Part shown: piece after piece, positions 62,501-64,000 of the stretch
Numbering within the stretch: position 1 is the stretch's first letter
How the letters are laid out: every line of letters begins with the position of its first letter
Source of the DNA: a virus
IMG/VR virus record: IMGVR_UViG_3300045988_133686
Coordinates: 1-64,000 of that record
Strand: one strand, 5' to 3'
Length of the DNA: 64,000 nt
Notes under the pieces: model-generated
What the model was told of the DNA's origin: nothing
The model's input: only the letters and a program-made list of their open reading frames with translations
Database searches by the model: none
Position numbers and translations under genes: made by a program

Positions 62501-62842
62501 GCACGGCCTCTCATCATTTTCATTCGATTTCTTTGCCCGGCACCGACGCACCGTTTGCGCGTTAGTGCTGGGTTCAAATTTATAGACACATTTTGTGTAC
62601 GGCAAATTGGCATTCACGGATGCTCTTGAAATATTGAGTTGCTTGGCAATTTCCCGTGGTGTGTATCCGCGACCGTAAAGCTCTTGGATATAATCACTAG
62701 TTTCACAGCTATATAGGCCGTGCGAAATGAGCACCTTGCGGACGAATGATTCGGATACAGTGCCACGTAGCGACTTCCATGTAGCTTTAATAGACCTTTG
62801 CACCTGATATTTCTGAATAATCTCTTGCTCAATTTGCTTCAT
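62495..62842 (-). CDS. HTH DNA-binding protein (minus-strand gene between the fibre and lysis modules)
   Basis: 115 aa. GYTPREIAKQLNISRASVNANL is a clear HTH. The C-terminus is basic. A possible promoter (TGGATA-17-TATGAT) lies upstream. Confidence 0.6.
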   Translation of the reverse strand: MKQIEQEIIQKYQVQRSIKATWKSLRGTVSESFVRKVLISHGLYSCETSDYIQELYGRGYTPREIAKQLNISRASVNANLPYTKCVYKFEPSTNAQTVRRCRAKKSNENDERPCL

Positions 62843-62890
62843 TTCATCACCCCCTTTTTATCATATCACATCCGAAAGGAGATATCCAGT

Positions 62891-63304
62891 ATGAGAACCG
62901 ACCTTGTAGAACAGGCCAAAGCTATCCGCGCAGCCATGCAGCTCACCAACCGATATGTACCTGATGAGGTTGCTTTTAAGCAGCCTTTTGCTATTTTTGA
63001 CGAATGGAGCGCCGACAGTGTTGCCTATATTAAGGGCGACATTCGCCGCTTTGGTGGTAAGCTCTACCGCTGCGTGCAGCCCCACACCTCTCAATCCACA
63101 TGGACACCCAGTGCCGCCGTTTCCCTCTGGACGGAAATTTCTGATCCTACCGAAGAATGGCCTGCATGGATTCAGCCAACCGGCGCGCACAACGCTTACG
63201 CCCAGGGCGCCAAGGTTTCACACAATGGCAAGCATTGGATCTCTGACGTGGCAGGGAATGTATGGGAGCCTGGTGTGTCTCAGTGGACTGAAGCCACCGC
63301 GTAA
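62891..63304 (+). CDS. CBM5/12-like carbohydrate-binding protein
   Basis: Start at 62891 after GAAAGGAGA. YAQGAKVSHNGKHWISDVAGNVWEPGVSQWTE and GDIRRFGGKLYRCVQPHTSQSTWTP fit the Y..G..V.(Y/H)NGK.W....W..G..P pattern. Confidence 0.6.
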   Translation: MRTDLVEQAKAIRAAMQLTNRYVPDEVAFKQPFAIFDEWSADSVAYIKGDIRRFGGKLYRCVQPHTSQSTWTPSAAVSLWTEISDPTEEWPAWIQPTGAHNAYAQGAKVSHNGKHWISDVAGNVWEPGVSQWTEATA

Positions 63305-63333
63305 CCGATCAATCAAGTACGAAAGGAATAGTT

Positions 63334-64000
63334 ATGATTATCAGAGTAAAAATTAGTCGTCAAGATAACCCGGACTATGGTAAAGTCCTGAACTTAGACT
63401 TAGAGGAATATTTGCGCGACGTCGTGCCTAGCGAGGTGCGCGCCGGGTACGATCATATGGAAGCTCTAAAGGCGCAGGCAGTAGCTGCCCGCACTTACGC
63501 GATGTACCGTGCGCACAAAAACCGCTACCTCAGCTATGATGTAACGGACTCCTCCGGCCGCGACCAAGCGTATAAATCCCGCCCGCGTCATCCCCGCAGC
63601 GATCAGGCAGTGGCCGAAACCGCTGGCTGGGTGCTGGCGTATAATAACACCACGATTGACTGCAAATACACAAACTCAAATGGCGGTCGTGTGCGTAGCT
63701 CTCTCGAACGCTGGGGTACCGACCTCCCCTACTACCGCGGCTTTGACGATCCATATGATACGACCACGGAGGTCAGCGGCCACGGCGTTGGTATGTCGCA
63801 GACCGGTGCGCGGGCAATGGCGAGAGCGGGGAAGAACTACAAGGAGATACTGGCGTATTACTATCCGGGAACCCGACTAATCAAAAGAGAGGAGTTGAAT
63901 CGTGTGTCTTTTGACTATGAAGAACATCTGTCCCCACACTTCAAACGCAAAGAATTTTTTGATCCCGCAAACTATACAAATGTAACCAACAAGCGCACTA
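63334..64000 (+). CDS. endolysin: SpoIID/LytB-domain lytic enzyme with the start of a second (M15-like) domain; truncated by the window end
   Basis: Not in the track because it has no stop. ATG at 63334 after GAAAGGAA. LKAQAVAARTYAMY...GHGVGMSQTGARAMARAGKNYKEILAYYYPGT is the SpoIID signature. It then reads ...HLSPHFKRKEFFD, which is peptidase M15-like. Confidence 0.8.
   Translation, partial: MIIRVKISRQDNPDYGKVLNLDLEEYLRDVVPSEVRAGYDHMEALKAQAVAARTYAMYRAHKNRYLSYDVTDSSGRDQAYKSRPRHPRSDQAVAETAGWVLAYNNTTIDCKYTNSNGGRVRSSLERWGTDLPYYRGFDDPYDTTTEVSGHGVGMSQTGARAMARAGKNYKEILAYYYPGTRLIKREELNRVSFDYEEHLSPHFKRKEFFDPANYTNVTNKRT

Overview
This window is a 64-kb stretch of a tailed dsDNA phage or prophage. Host-type signals look Firmicutes/Clostridia-like: strong AGGAGG-type Shine-Dalgarno (SD) sites before almost every gene, a SpoIID-type endolysin, Bro-N/KilAC antirepressors and a YonO-type RNA polymerase. 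No rRNA, tRNA, CRISPR array, integrase or reverse transcriptase was recognised. Layout: (1) 1-4814 is a leftward operon of small unknown genes, including a protein with eight CxxC motifs, driven by a near-consensus promoter with an operator palindrome. (2) 4.9-6.7 kb is a GC-rich island with an Ala/Arg-rich gene carrying a sigma region-4-like HTH. (3) 6.66-8.49 kb is about 1.8 kb with no convincing CDS, holding iteron-like repeats, an 18-bp palindrome, a C/T-rich imperfect duplication, many hairpins, a terminator and a relic copy of the helicase 5' end. (4) 8.5-21 kb is a rightward early/middle region: an SF2 helicase, two autonomously promoted morons (a membrane protein on the minus strand and a lipoprotein), three antirepressor paralogues, two membrane proteins, a metallophosphoesterase and a YonO-like single-subunit RNA polymerase gene. 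That polymerase gene appears to be split inside its catalytic Asp loop by a 274-nt ORF-less group I intron. (5) 21-64 kb is the late operon: HU-like protein, putative small and large terminase, portal, head genes, tail tube, a 2293-aa tape measure, Dit/Tal-like baseplate proteins, Ala-rich fibres, several glycine-rich/LamG fibre proteins, a CBM5/12 protein and a SpoIID+M15 endolysin that runs off the right edge. The tail module is interrupted at 33.5-37.3 kb by two minus-strand mini-genes for hydrophobic peptides and a RuvC / ClpP-like / beta-CASP nuclease island. A strongly promoted minus-strand moron sits at 44.9-46.0 kb. Several genes seem to start at non-canonical codons (AUU/AUC/ACG) placed at ideal distance from strong SD sites. 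All functional calls rest on motif recognition and gene order read by eye; no database search was run.
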